In this document: positions 10,048-19,490 of the stretch, piece after piece
Position numbering within the stretch: position 1 is the first letter of the stretch
How the letters are laid out: every line of letters begins with the position of its first letter
Virus record (IMG/VR): IMGVR_UViG_3300015366_000230
Location: 1 to 50,792 of that record
From: a virus
Taxonomy: Duplodnaviria; Caudoviricetes
Direction: 5' to 3' (one strand)
DNA: 50,792 nt
Program-made: the position numbers and the translations under genes
The notes under the pieces: model-generated
The model's input: only the letters and a program-made list of their open reading frames with translations
Database searches by the model: none
Told to the model about the DNA's origin: nothing

Positions 10048-10676
10048 TGTGGTACCACGCTTTCACCGGGGGCTAATCCTAATGGGTTTGTCCAATTTGT
10101 AGTGGTTGGCAATCCGTTTGAAACGGCGTTCATTAAAGTGCCTTGAATTGACTCGGCGGCAGATTGCGTAATCAAAGGTTGCACAAAATCCCATTGATAC
10201 ATATATTGAACTTGTTTATCGCTGGCAGGCGTGATATCGCGCAAGCTAGTTAATAAGCAATTAAAATAAGTGTATGCTGGTGTGATTACAGTAAAAGTTC
10301 CACCTGTAGAAATATGAGTTTGAATACCTAATTGCAACGCGGTAAGAATCGCTTGCTTTAAGGTATAGCCTCCGTGAGTTTGTGCGGGGCAAACCATTAG
10401 CATACTAACGTCTAAAGGTTGCTGTACAACTGCATTGGCAGCCGTAGCAAAGTTAGCGAATGGATATGTCGCTACATCCCATTTTGCCAAACTACCGCCG
10501 GGGAGCGGTTTAAAATGAGCAAAAAATTCACCATTTTCAATACCGGGTATATCAAACATTTCTGTGAGCAAAGTCACGGGGGCGTATCCACCTAATAAAT
10601 TAGCAAGTCCGCCTTGTAGCCAAATCGGAGCTATTTCATAAACTGCTGAAAAAGCGGTTTGTCCAAAAGAAGCCAT
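10044..10676 (-). CDS. tail tube initiator/baseplate protein
   Basis: directly after the tape measure gene; V.TP...Y...LL motif. Confidence 0.55.
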   Translation of the reverse strand: MASFGQTAFSAVYEIAPIWLQGGLANLLGGYAPVTLLTEMFDIPGIENGEFFAHFKPLPGGSLAKWDVATYPFANFATAANAVVQQPLDVSMLMVCPAQTHGGYTLKQAILTALQLGIQTHISTGGTFTVITPAYTYFNCLLTSLRDITPASDKQVQYMYQWDFVQPLITQSAAESIQGTLMNAVSNGLPTTTNWTNPLGLAPGESVVPQ

Positions 10677-10678
10677 AT

Positions 10679-12223
10679 TTATCTTCCTGTCGTTCCAGCT
10701 AATTGAGCTGTTGCATTTGGTATGGATGTGCCCGGGGCGCCTTCAAAAGTAATTTGCATAGCATAATTTTGTCTGCGGCTTCTCTCAACGGGGTCAATTT
10801 GATAATTGTAATATCTTTCGTAATTAATATTAGCTTCGACGCCTTCTTTACGACCTACACCGCTTTGCAAGCGTTTTAAGGTAGCTGCTTCGGTATTCAT
10901 TAATTCCCAACGCATAAAGGCAACTTGTTCATCGTCGGGGGTAGATGTAGTTAAAGGGTGACCCATCACTTTTGCAAAAAGCGCTTGTCTAGCTTTACCC
11001 CATTGGGCAAGACCGATATGACCGCCGCCAATATCATTACTAGCTGCGGGATTAAATCCACTTTCACCGTATAAGCCACCCATAAAACCAGCGATTACAT
11101 CGGGTTTAACGCCTAAACCACCCAACATCATTGCGGTTTTTTGCGCGGCGGAATTTAGTTGTACTTGATCTTTACCAAGTACTTTATGTTCCCAATTACC
11201 GATTTGTTGCATTCCTTGATAAGAACCAGCCACAAATCCGGGGATCTTTGAGACTACCCATGCAATAGCTTGTCCAAGCATTGCCAAGCCATTAAAAAAT
11301 TCTTTGATCTGCTGTTTACCTTCTGGACTATTGATAAACTCAGTTAAATCCTTAATTGCGCTTTTTACTTCATCGCTTTTAAGGAAATCTGCAATAGCTT
11401 GTTCGACTGCTTGAGTAAGCTGAATTAATGGCTGAGTCAACCCTTCTAGGTTGTCTAGCAAATTTACTTCAATAGAGTTTCCAGCTTCGCGAATTTTTAC
11501 CCAAAAATCTTGCCAGCGTTTGCTGCTTTCTTCTGATAGTTTGAATTTTTGTAGTCCTTCTGCTGCATCGCGAGCAGATTTATCGAGATCTTCAATACTG
11601 GTTTTTGCAAGGCGAATTAAATTTTCTTCGCCGCCAACCAAATCTGTCCACCCCATTGTTTTTGCATAGGATAAGTTTTGACCTGACCCGAGAAACTGCT
11701 CGCGAATTGTTTTAAGCATGGGCGCCAAATTTTGATAGGCATCTTTATCCATGCTGCCACCAGCATTAAATAGCTTCCAAGATTCTTCAGGTGTGCGCTG
11801 AATCCGAGCAATATTCGCCAAAGTAGACTCGGGATCAATGTAACGCCCATAGTAGACGTTTGCTGATCGTAATTGAGCTGTGCTTACACCCGCGCCTTGC
11901 GCGCGGCGATAAACATCGCTTCCTGAAGCAGCTAACGCTCCAAAACCAAAGCCGGTGCCGGCGGCGCTAAAAGCAACCCATTTTGCCGCAGATATAGCCA
12001 TAGATGCCATATTGCGAGCAATATTAAATGTAGATACGGATAAATCTTTAAAAGTCGCAGAAACGTCTTTTGCGGACTTATTGACCTTATCAAAATGCTT
12101 ATTGATGTCTTGCCATTTTTTGGATTGCTGATCCATTTGTTTGATGTATTTATCAAACGTGGCTTGAAAAGCTTTAAACTTTTCATCTTGGACATCAATC
12201 TCAATAACACTTTTTACAGCCAT
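10679..12223 (-). CDS. tape measure protein with C-terminal phage tail lysozyme domain
   Basis: helical Ala/Lys-rich body; AG.MG....ESGFNP.A.N...G..GLAQW...R lysozyme motif. Confidence 0.8.
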   Translation of the reverse strand: MAVKSVIEIDVQDEKFKAFQATFDKYIKQMDQQSKKWQDINKHFDKVNKSAKDVSATFKDLSVSTFNIARNMASMAISAAKWVAFSAAGTGFGFGALAASGSDVYRRAQGAGVSTAQLRSANVYYGRYIDPESTLANIARIQRTPEESWKLFNAGGSMDKDAYQNLAPMLKTIREQFLGSGQNLSYAKTMGWTDLVGGEENLIRLAKTSIEDLDKSARDAAEGLQKFKLSEESSKRWQDFWVKIREAGNSIEVNLLDNLEGLTQPLIQLTQAVEQAIADFLKSDEVKSAIKDLTEFINSPEGKQQIKEFFNGLAMLGQAIAWVVSKIPGFVAGSYQGMQQIGNWEHKVLGKDQVQLNSAAQKTAMMLGGLGVKPDVIAGFMGGLYGESGFNPAASNDIGGGHIGLAQWGKARQALFAKVMGHPLTTSTPDDEQVAFMRWELMNTEAATLKRLQSGVGRKEGVEANINYERYYNYQIDPVERSRRQNYAMQITFEGAPGTSIPNATAQLAGTTGR

Positions 12224-12232
12224 TTTGATTTC

Positions 12233-12505
12233 CTACAATAAAGTTTTGCTTTTTATCGCTCTAATTAAATGTCTTTGACGATATTCTGAAGCATCGTCAA
12301 ATTTACCGCCAACTTCTTTCATAAGTTCATCAAAATGCTTGTAAGTGATAAAGTCTAAGATACTATGGATGATTCCTTCACCTTCTTGCCAGTACTTTCT
12401 GTCTTGGTCAATGTCGGTAAGCCATTCTGATACCCCGTAGAGTCCAAGGATGTAAGTTCCCAATTTCGCAGCGCACCTGCCATCTCCAAAAAGGAATTCT
12501 TTAAA
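12233..12505 (-). CDS. -1 frameshift extension of the tail chaperone (GT-like)
   Basis: The -1 frame is open from about 12570 to the stop at 12233. T TTA AAG lies at 12505-12499. Confidence 0.65.
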   Translation of the reverse strand, partial: FKEFLFGDGRCAAKLGTYILGLYGVSEWLTDIDQDRKYWQEGEGIIHSILDFITYKHFDELMKEVGGKFDDASEYRQRHLIRAIKSKTLL

Positions 12506-12939
12506 TCCTTCGGTGCGACTTTGGAGATTGCTGTAAAAAACACTAGAGAGCTTAATACCTCGGCTTCTTCATCTTCACTTAGAACTTCTCTTTTTACTGC
12601 TACGTCAAAGGGAATGGTTTCCCATCCCTTTTCTGTACTTACTATCACATTAGTTAAACGAATAATTTCATTTACTAACCCAAATTTTACGCCACCAGCT
12701 CCATCCCAATTTCCCGCTTTTGTTGCTATAGACTTCAAAGCAGCGTAAGCGAGTTGGGGTGCAGATAAGGCTAAATGAGCCTGACTAATACCATCAAAAC
12801 ATTGGCTAAATACTTTGCCTAACTCTAAATAAAATTGTTCAAATACAGATCGACTAATAGAAGTGGAGTGAATGTAGATTGTTCCATTTTCATCAGTCTG
12901 CACCTGCATCACAAGGGACAGATTACGATCGATTTTCAA
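12355..12939 (-). CDS. tail assembly chaperone (G-like)
   Basis: located between tube and tape measure; contains an in-frame slippery heptamer. Confidence 0.7.
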   Translation of the reverse strand: MKIDRNLSLVMQVQTDENGTIYIHSTSISRSVFEQFYLELGKVFSQCFDGISQAHLALSAPQLAYAALKSIATKAGNWDGAGGVKFGLVNEIIRLTNVIVSTEKGWETIPFDVAVKREVLSEDEEAEVLSSLVFFTAISKVAPKDLKNSFLEMAGALRNWELTSLDSTGYQNGLPTLTKTESTGKKVKESSIVS

Positions 12940-12953
12940 TTTTTATCCTTTCA

Positions 12954-13397
12954 TTATGCTGCGTCAAATAGCGTTGAGTTGATGTTGTATACGCCGCGTA
13001 AACGAACAACTAGACCAGCCTGATTACCGTCAAACGCAGTTTCTTGAATACTCATCAAAACACAGTTATTTAATTGAAATGGCGGCAATACTTGGGTATC
13101 TGGGTAAATCGTTACAGAACCTAAAGTAGTGTTTGTTTCAATTTGGTTTTTATAAGCAGCGCCAAGAGCTTGAGTTCTTAACAAGTGCATCGTTACTGTT
13201 CCGTAAACATACGGTTCTGGGCTTGTAACAGCGCCAGTCAGGGTTCCAATAAGCAATGAAGTATCGCCATCAAAAGCCAAACTGATTGCTTCGCGAGCTA
13301 GATATCCAGCAGTGACATTTAATTGCGTATAGTCAGCGTATACAACGCTGGCTAGTAGCCTATTTAATGTACCTTGTTGAATTTGTGGATTTGACAT
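12954..13397 (-). CDS. tail tube protein
   Basis: 147 aa, directly downstream of the sheath gene. Confidence 0.7.
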   Translation of the reverse strand: MSNPQIQQGTLNRLLASVVYADYTQLNVTAGYLAREAISLAFDGDTSLLIGTLTGAVTSPEPYVYGTVTMHLLRTQALGAAYKNQIETNTTLGSVTIYPDTQVLPPFQLNNCVLMSIQETAFDGNQAGLVVRLRGVYNINSTLFDAA

Positions 13398-13409
13398 TAT
13401 TTATTCTCC

Positions 13410-14723
13410 TTAAACTGGAATGTTAGATGCAGTTAAGTAAATAGTAATGGAGCTAAATCCTCTAGCTGGAACAAATGTCAAGCTTAAGCCGTTATAAGTT
13501 CCTGTAGCGTAATCACTAGGATGTTGCGCTACATATTTTACAAACGAAATTGCATTAACAGTTGCAGGGCTAAGAATTAATCCAAACGAAATACCGTTAT
13601 TAACTGTTGCTTGGGCTACTTTCTGCAAAGTATTAATACCTGCTTGATTGTAGTACAACGGATTAGTCGGTAAATTACTTCCGTTAATAATTGCATTAGC
13701 TAAAGCTTGAGCAACATTAATCGCAAGCCAATCTACGCAATACCAGTAATTAAAGGGGTTCAAGTCCATGAACGTACCGCCTTCAATTAAAGTGTTACTG
13801 ATACCGCCTTGTGCGCCAGTTCCAACCCAATTTACGCCCGCTGCCAACAATGTTGTTTGTTGTGCGTTAGTTAATGCGCTATACGCAGTAACAGCATATA
13901 CATAAGTGTATTCCAACGGATGTGCTAAATTACTTGCGCTAGGGTTGTAACTTAATGTTGCCCAAAAAATTGCGGCAGCACTAAATTCGCTAATTGGAGC
14001 TGAAGGGCTTGGCAATGTTACAAAAACAGATTTAATACCTTCCCAACCACTATATGTTGCTAAAGTAGATGATACATAGAAATATATTTGGGCAGTCGTG
14101 CCTGTATATTGCTTAGCCATTGTTTGAACGGCAGAAGTATCCCATGTTTTAGGCAATAAATAGCTGTAAAACTGAATAGTTGGGTTTGTGATATATGCTT
14201 CTAACGCACTAACGCCTTGTGCAATAGTACCTACACCTAACTCCAACACATAAACTGGAACAGTCGCGCCTTGAGCAAAAAAAGTATTTGCCATAGCAAC
14301 CAATTCAGACACATCTTCAAGCGTAAAAAATGCACCTGTTGTTACTGCCGTACCGGGATTACCTGTAACAGCATAAGTTAACGTGTAGACGCCTGTAGAA
14401 GTAACAGCAAAAGTACCGTTATATCCGTTATTTACGCTACCGCTAACAGTTACTCCTGCAATAGTCCCCTCAACTTCATCTCCAAGAGGAATTCCGTGAG
14501 CAACGGTAGTTGTAAGTGTTACAACACCACCAGACCAAGTAGCAGAAGTAATGGCGCTTGAACTAGCTAAAATAGCCGTCAAATCGCTCACTTGAGTCAA
14601 CAGTTGAGTTGACCCTGCTGATAAAGTTGTTGCGCCTTGAGATATAAAGGCTCCAGTCTGTTGCAATTTATTTGGCGCACTTGCCACCTGTTGGGTGACA
14701 ACTACATTGACAATATTTGGCAT
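13410..14723 (-). CDS. tail sheath protein (DUF3383-like) with FCCH-like insert
   Basis: IVNV.V N-terminus; DW......L......PLYY...G..L sheath C-terminus. Confidence 0.75.
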   Translation of the reverse strand: MPNIVNVVVTQQVASAPNKLQQTGAFISQGATTLSAGSTQLLTQVSDLTAILASSSAITSATWSGGVVTLTTTVAHGIPLGDEVEGTIAGVTVSGSVNNGYNGTFAVTSTGVYTLTYAVTGNPGTAVTTGAFFTLEDVSELVAMANTFFAQGATVPVYVLELGVGTIAQGVSALEAYITNPTIQFYSYLLPKTWDTSAVQTMAKQYTGTTAQIYFYVSSTLATYSGWEGIKSVFVTLPSPSAPISEFSAAAIFWATLSYNPSASNLAHPLEYTYVYAVTAYSALTNAQQTTLLAAGVNWVGTGAQGGISNTLIEGGTFMDLNPFNYWYCVDWLAINVAQALANAIINGSNLPTNPLYYNQAGINTLQKVAQATVNNGISFGLILSPATVNAISFVKYVAQHPSDYATGTYNGLSLTFVPARGFSSITIYLTASNIPV

Positions 14724-14736
14724 TTTTGCCCCCTAA

Positions 14737-15063
14737 TTAGATAAAGCTAATCGCCAAAATTTGACCTGCGCCGCCCGGCACCAAAGTAATACCTGTAGCT
14801 GCTGGCATATCTACATTGTAAACGCCAACTGCATCAGGAATCACTGCCAGTAAATTTGCATCACTAACACCTGAAGTAGAGGCATGATCGGCAACAGCCG
14901 CATTTTGACCACCAGCAGTGGAAGGAGCGATAACGCTTACTTTAGCGACGCGTCCAGCAGTAGTTTTAATTACTGTAGCTGAGGTAATATTTAAAAAAGT
15001 TTGTGTTCCTTGGGCAGTGATTAGTGCGCCATTTTGAACTCTTGGGTTTGCTGTAATTGCCAT
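14737..15063 (-). CDS. small virion structural protein
   Basis: 108 aa beta-rich ORF with a GGAG RBS, in the structural operon. Confidence 0.55.
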   Translation of the reverse strand: MAITANPRVQNGALITAQGTQTFLNITSATVIKTTAGRVAKVSVIAPSTAGGQNAAVADHASTSGVSDANLLAVIPDAVGVYNVDMPAATGITLVPGGAGQILAISFI

Positions 15064-15116
15064 TTGTAACTCCTTTTATACACTTGTTTTAGATAACAAC
15101 ATCTTACTACTTAATT

Positions 15117-16118
15117 TTATACTGGAACAGTGCCTTCTGTCAGGGTAATAAAGGCATGTTCGATTAATTGTCTTGCAATATTATTTACTGTGGTCTGAAA
15201 ATAGCTTACTTCAAAAGTAATGACTTTCTTCTGAGCGATTATCCCCATTTCAGGCTGAGTGACTTTTTCATCCTGCATAATGGGCATATTCATCATACCT
15301 ATGTTATCGGTATTTCTACTGTAATCAAGGATATATTCAACAAAATTAAGCGCGTCGTGGTTTCTGACCCCGAAAAGTTCAATTCTGACAGTATCTTTAG
15401 TCAATTGCCAAGGGTTAGATTCGGGGTCTAAAAGCGGAAAATCTTGTAAAGCGACGGTTTGTCTTGGGTCAATATCGACTGAAGCATATACCGGAGGTAG
15501 ATTTTGCTCCACCAAGTAAGACGGATACATAGGGAAAAATTGATTCAAACTAAGCCAAATAGGAAGGCTATTAGATACGATTACGCTACTTGTATCAAAA
15601 CCTGTCATGGAATCGATAATCTGCGTATCCATAATGGAGTACAGCGCATCGCCGCGGTAATGATATAGATCCGCCTGTTTATAGAAATTTTCTTTACGAC
15701 TAAAAGAGAACCGATTTCCTTGGTAATTTGCAATATAAAGGAATTGCGGGTTAACCAAATTAAAGTCTTGAACTGGCTTAGTTGCAGTGAAAATAACGTG
15801 GTTATACGTAGTGGTTCTATCCGCTAGTTGATGTAGTTCTTGATTAAAATGGAATGAACCCGATACCGTTAATTGTCGCGCGGGGACGCCTTCAGGATAG
15901 TTGTCATATAGCAGTCGGTTATATTGCGACGCATTATATAGCGCAGAATCGGTTAAAAGACTAGCGTTTACCCAAAATACATAGCCGTCTAAAGGCAACA
16001 CCAGTTTTACGTAAAGCGTAAAAGTAACTTCTTCGTTACCAGATAGAGTTTCAACGCCTTGTGCTAAACCAGCGCCAAGTTGCGGTTTTGCGGTTGCGGC
16101 TTCTACGGCTGACGCCAT
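15117..16118 (-). CDS. head-closure/tail-completion protein (possibly a fusion)
   Basis: position between adaptor/neck and sheath. Confidence 0.5.
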   Translation of the reverse strand: MASAVEAATAKPQLGAGLAQGVETLSGNEEVTFTLYVKLVLPLDGYVFWVNASLLTDSALYNASQYNRLLYDNYPEGVPARQLTVSGSFHFNQELHQLADRTTTYNHVIFTATKPVQDFNLVNPQFLYIANYQGNRFSFSRKENFYKQADLYHYRGDALYSIMDTQIIDSMTGFDTSSVIVSNSLPIWLSLNQFFPMYPSYLVEQNLPPVYASVDIDPRQTVALQDFPLLDPESNPWQLTKDTVRIELFGVRNHDALNFVEYILDYSRNTDNIGMMNMPIMQDEKVTQPEMGIIAQKKVITFEVSYFQTTVNNIARQLIEHAFITLTEGTVPV

Positions 16119-16621
16119 TATTTAATCTCCGCTTTTAATGATGCTTCAAATACGCCGGAATATATAAAAGATGGGCGCGCGGCGCGTTTTATAACTTGTT
16201 TACCTTTGCCTAGTTTGCCTTTTACATATCTTTTTGCGGTTACGCCTTTTTCAAAACGATAAGACAGTCCGTCTTTTGCGGCTTGAGTAGGTATTCCGTG
16301 TTCGCCGTATAAAGATGCCACGCGTTCTACTTCTTGAGAAGTAATAAATTTGTGCATTTTATCTGTAATTTCTTCAGAACTTATAGCAAAAACTTTGGAG
16401 ATATCTATATCTTGCCCTGCCATCATCATTTCTAAACCGACGGCAGCGTCTTTGCTAATCCAATCAGCAATTTCTTCTTTTTCGTGGTTATAGAACATTG
16501 AAAATAAACCGTAAGTTTTTTCAAGGTCTTTTCCTACCTCATAGGTGGATTTATCCCCGTAAGGTTCTGGAACATCTATAACTCCTAGACCTAGTTTCAA
16601 ACTCATTAAGTTAAACCCCAA
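16118..16621 (-). CDS. neck protein
   Basis: C-terminal RPSFI.SG....SL motif typical of neck proteins. Confidence 0.55.
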   Translation of the reverse strand: MGFNLMSLKLGLGVIDVPEPYGDKSTYEVGKDLEKTYGLFSMFYNHEKEEIADWISKDAAVGLEMMMAGQDIDISKVFAISSEEITDKMHKFITSQEVERVASLYGEHGIPTQAAKDGLSYRFEKGVTAKRYVKGKLGKGKQVIKRAARPSFIYSGVFEASLKAEIK

Positions 16622-17064
16622 AGAGTACCAAGTTGTTGCATGTAGGATAACGCTACGCGCCCGTATGGGTCTTTAATACGTTGCAAATCTAACAAGCTTA
16701 GATCACGCAATCCATGACCAATAGACAAGGATTCATGCGTACTAACATCGCCAGCCGCGTTTACAACGCCCGCTACAAAGTTATTAATCCCAAATTGAGC
16801 ACGTAAAGTAGCAAAATAAGTTTGCCCGGGTATGTCTTGTTGAAACTGTAGTAGTTGGCTTCCCGCCCAGTTGTACACAGTTAAAGTGTATATGTCAGCT
16901 AAAGTTGACGCAAAATCTGTTGGGACAATATCTAAAGCCACAACATACGCATAATTCCAACCCGGGTCGTTATCTGCCATTGCGAGCGTAGGTATACCCA
17001 TTACGGCTCTTGCCCACGCAATAAAACCATTTAATGAAGGTGGCGAAACAATTGGATCAGCCAT
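16606..17064 (-). CDS. head-tail adaptor (DUF4054-like)
   Basis: G.V..A.D...SL and PYGR..L motifs. Confidence 0.6.
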   Translation of the reverse strand: MADPIVSPPSLNGFIAWARAVMGIPTLAMADNDPGWNYAYVVALDIVPTDFASTLADIYTLTVYNWAGSQLLQFQQDIPGQTYFATLRAQFGINNFVAGVVNAAGDVSTHESLSIGHGLRDLSLLDLQRIKDPYGRVALSYMQQLGTLWGLT

Positions 17065-17100
17065 AGAAGCACCCTAGAAAGATTTTCTATATTCTAAATC

Positions 17101-17121
17101 AAAAAGCCCCCGAAGGGGGCT
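17101..17121 (-). terminator. Rho-independent terminator
   Basis: AGCCCCCTTCGGGGGCTTTTT after the stop of 17130..17633. Confidence 0.85.
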
Positions 17122-17129
17122 AGTTATTA

Positions 17130-17633
17130 CTACTTTCTTGGTCTACCGCGACCTTTTGGGGTTTCACCTTCGTGAATAACCTCAATTTTTTGGTCAAATT
17201 TCTCTGACTGATCGGCAGCGTTCTTTTTATCTTCCGTAATTTCAAACTCAATACCGCCTTTTTGTTTGATCCCCATTTCCTGTGCTTTCATTGAAATGAT
17301 TTGATCTTGTGCTGCGGCAGTAATACTGCGAGCTTCTTGAGCGCGATCGATGTTTTCTTGATCGGATTGAGTAATACCTGCTTCAATCGCTTCAACATTA
17401 ATTGGCTTTCCGATGCGATAACATAAGCCACCAAAGCCTTTTTTGACTTTAGTAACTTCCATCATTCCATACAATTCATGCTGTTTAATGATGGTATCCA
17501 CTTCCGGTTGGTTTTGAGATAGCTTAATTTGTGCGCCCGCGCGGATTTTATGCGAAAACGGTCTAATGTTTTCAGGCAGCATGTAAGTGAATAGAAAGTC
17601 CTGTTTACTGCAATTTGCGATAAATAATTCCAT
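17130..17633 (-). CDS. hypothetical protein downstream of the capsid gene, with a C-terminal AT-hook-like KGRGRPRK
   Basis: ORF with RBS and a basic tail. Confidence 0.6.
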   Translation of the reverse strand: MELFIANCSKQDFLFTYMLPENIRPFSHKIRAGAQIKLSQNQPEVDTIIKQHELYGMMEVTKVKKGFGGLCYRIGKPINVEAIEAGITQSDQENIDRAQEARSITAAAQDQIISMKAQEMGIKQKGGIEFEITEDKKNAADQSEKFDQKIEVIHEGETPKGRGRPRK

Positions 17634-17652
17634 TATTTTCCCCTAGTATGGG

Positions 17653-17730
17653 TGGGGCGCCGATGATGCGGGGTCTTTTGAACCCCCGGCGCCCCATAAA
17701 GAATGTTCCCAGCATCACTTGGGTTCTTAT
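17653..17730 (-). ncRNA. candidate structured RNA: two hairpins with complementary loop/bulge (kissing or pseudoknot)
   Basis: 10-bp GC stem 17653-17662/17687-17696; hairpin 17699-17728; loop GUGAUGC complements bulge GCAUCAU. Confidence 0.5.
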
Positions 17731-17736
17731 ATATTA

Positions 17737-17762
17737 ACAAAAAACCACCCCGAAGGGTGGTT
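17737..17762 (-). terminator. Rho-independent terminator after the capsid gene
   Basis: AACCACCC-TTCG-GGGTGGTT followed by a T run. Confidence 0.85.
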
Positions 17763-17780
17763 AAATCCTCACGCAGGATT

Positions 17781-18806
17781 TTAGTAGGCAGCCGAAATAA
17801 TCGTCATACCTTCTGGACGGATACCCCAACCAGAGGTGCTACGCATTGTGTAGAGGGTAGTAATACCACCGTCTGGCAATGGAGTAGGAATCTCTGTAGG
17901 TGCAGCCACGTCGCAAAGCATCAAAGATGTTGCAGTTGTATTTGGTGTCAATTCAGCAAATACGTTGGTGTTGATGCGTGAGTTTGCTTTAGGAATCTTG
18001 AGTTCTGGAGCAATCAAGATGATTGCATCAGTACCGCCGTAACCTTGACCGATGAGAGTATCATCAGCAGCAAAAGATACATCGTCACCACCTGCCCACT
18101 GAGCTACGGTTTCAACCAAGCCAGCAGCAGTTTCAACACCAGCACCGATACGTTGGAATTGTGTCAATGACACGATGCCGCCGTAAGAGATTTGTTGAAT
18201 AAAACGCTGTGGAGCAAGGAATACCAAGCGCAAAGGTTGACCAATTTGCAATGTAGTAGTTTTTAAGTTACCGATTGCGTTTAGCAAGAACTGAGCTAAT
18301 TGACCAGAATCCCATGTGCTGTAGCCAGTGTTACCGTTGCTGTCTGCACCTAAGTTGATGCGGGTTGCGCCAGCAGTATTGAGCAAGCCTTCGCCGTTGG
18401 CTGGGTTATAGCCGTAGAGAAGTGCATTACGCAATTGCTGAGCGATACCTTGACGAGCAGCTAAACGGAGAGCTTCTGGGAGTGCATAACCCCAAGCACC
18501 AGTAGCAGCTTCGTCGAAGTTGTCATACTGAGCGCGGGTTTGCAGACGATAAGTAGCAGTACTAATCATCGAAGGGATAACAGATGCGCTTGGCAACTGG
18601 TTAGCAGTCGATTGGTTAGCAGATACTTGAGTCGTCAACTGAACCTTTTTAGCGTAAACATAAAGGTCAGCCTCGCCTAAGCGTGGCATTGGATTCTCTG
18701 TTGCCAGAGTGGTAAACGCACCAGAAGCCAAGCTGTACTGCATAATCAGCTCAGGCATCATGAAGTGTGGATTTACTGTTACATATGAAGGTGCAAAACC
18801 TGACAT
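17781..18806 (-). CDS. major capsid protein
   Basis: 341 aa after scaffold and decoration genes; LLYG......GLLN motif; codon usage suggests high expression; followed by a terminator. Confidence 0.85.
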   Translation of the reverse strand: MSGFAPSYVTVNPHFMMPELIMQYSLASGAFTTLATENPMPRLGEADLYVYAKKVQLTTQVSANQSTANQLPSASVIPSMISTATYRLQTRAQYDNFDEAATGAWGYALPEALRLAARQGIAQQLRNALLYGYNPANGEGLLNTAGATRINLGADSNGNTGYSTWDSGQLAQFLLNAIGNLKTTTLQIGQPLRLVFLAPQRFIQQISYGGIVSLTQFQRIGAGVETAAGLVETVAQWAGGDDVSFAADDTLIGQGYGGTDAIILIAPELKIPKANSRINTNVFAELTPNTTATSLMLCDVAAPTEIPTPLPDGGITTLYTMRSTSGWGIRPEGMTIISAAY

Positions 18807-18820
18807 GATCTATTCCTTTC

Positions 18821-19480
18821 TTAGATTAGAACAACTGCTACAGGAGCAGCAGATGAGCCACCAACGATGGTGTTAGACCAGTTAGCATTACCAGTACCAG
18901 AATTGTAGTTAACAATTTTGTTACCAGAAGTGCTAATACGCAAGATTTTGCAAGGTACTGCAAAGTTGCTCGTTGCTGTTGTTGTTAAACGAAGGTTTGT
19001 TGTATCCCAATACACAGTTTCAGTAATGGAGCTACCAGCCAAAGCTACGATAGAAGCATCGCAAGGCAATGGAATACGAGCGCCTGAACCGAAACGGTAG
19101 AAGTTTACAGACATGCCGGGAGAATACAACGGCGCTGTGCTTTGTGGGGTTGTGATACCTTGAAAAGCTTGGTTAAACACGGCAATACCAGTTGGAGCAG
19201 CACCAGTAGATGCTTGAATAATGGTAGAACCTAATGTGTCAGTACCGGGTTGTGTATCGCCAGAGTAAACGCCTGATTGTGCTGTTGGAATTGTTTCAGC
19301 AATTGGAACTCCACCCCATAAAGGAGAAGTAGCAGAAGTTGAAAGAACACCGCCAGCCAACCAGAATTTAACTGCTGGATCGTCGAGTGCATCACCTTGA
19401 GTAAAACCAGCGGAGTTGACATTAAATAAGCCAGCAGCGTTGGTTGTTACCATTGGTTGTAGAGAAATTTGTGCGGTCAT
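18821..19480 (-). CDS. capsid decoration/cement protein
   Basis: located between scaffold and capsid; small-residue-rich beta protein. Confidence 0.65.
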   Translation of the reverse strand: MTAQISLQPMVTTNAAGLFNVNSAGFTQGDALDDPAVKFWLAGGVLSTSATSPLWGGVPIAETIPTAQSGVYSGDTQPGTDTLGSTIIQASTGAAPTGIAVFNQAFQGITTPQSTAPLYSPGMSVNFYRFGSGARIPLPCDASIVALAGSSITETVYWDTTNLRLTTTATSNFAVPCKILRISTSGNKIVNYNSGTGNANWSNTIVGGSSAAPVAVVLI

Positions 19481-19490
19481 GGCTTATTCC

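Noticed and set aside
17655-17700. hammerhead ribozyme (CGATGA resembles CUGAUGA)
   Set aside because: The core is mismatched and there is no GAAA at the required position
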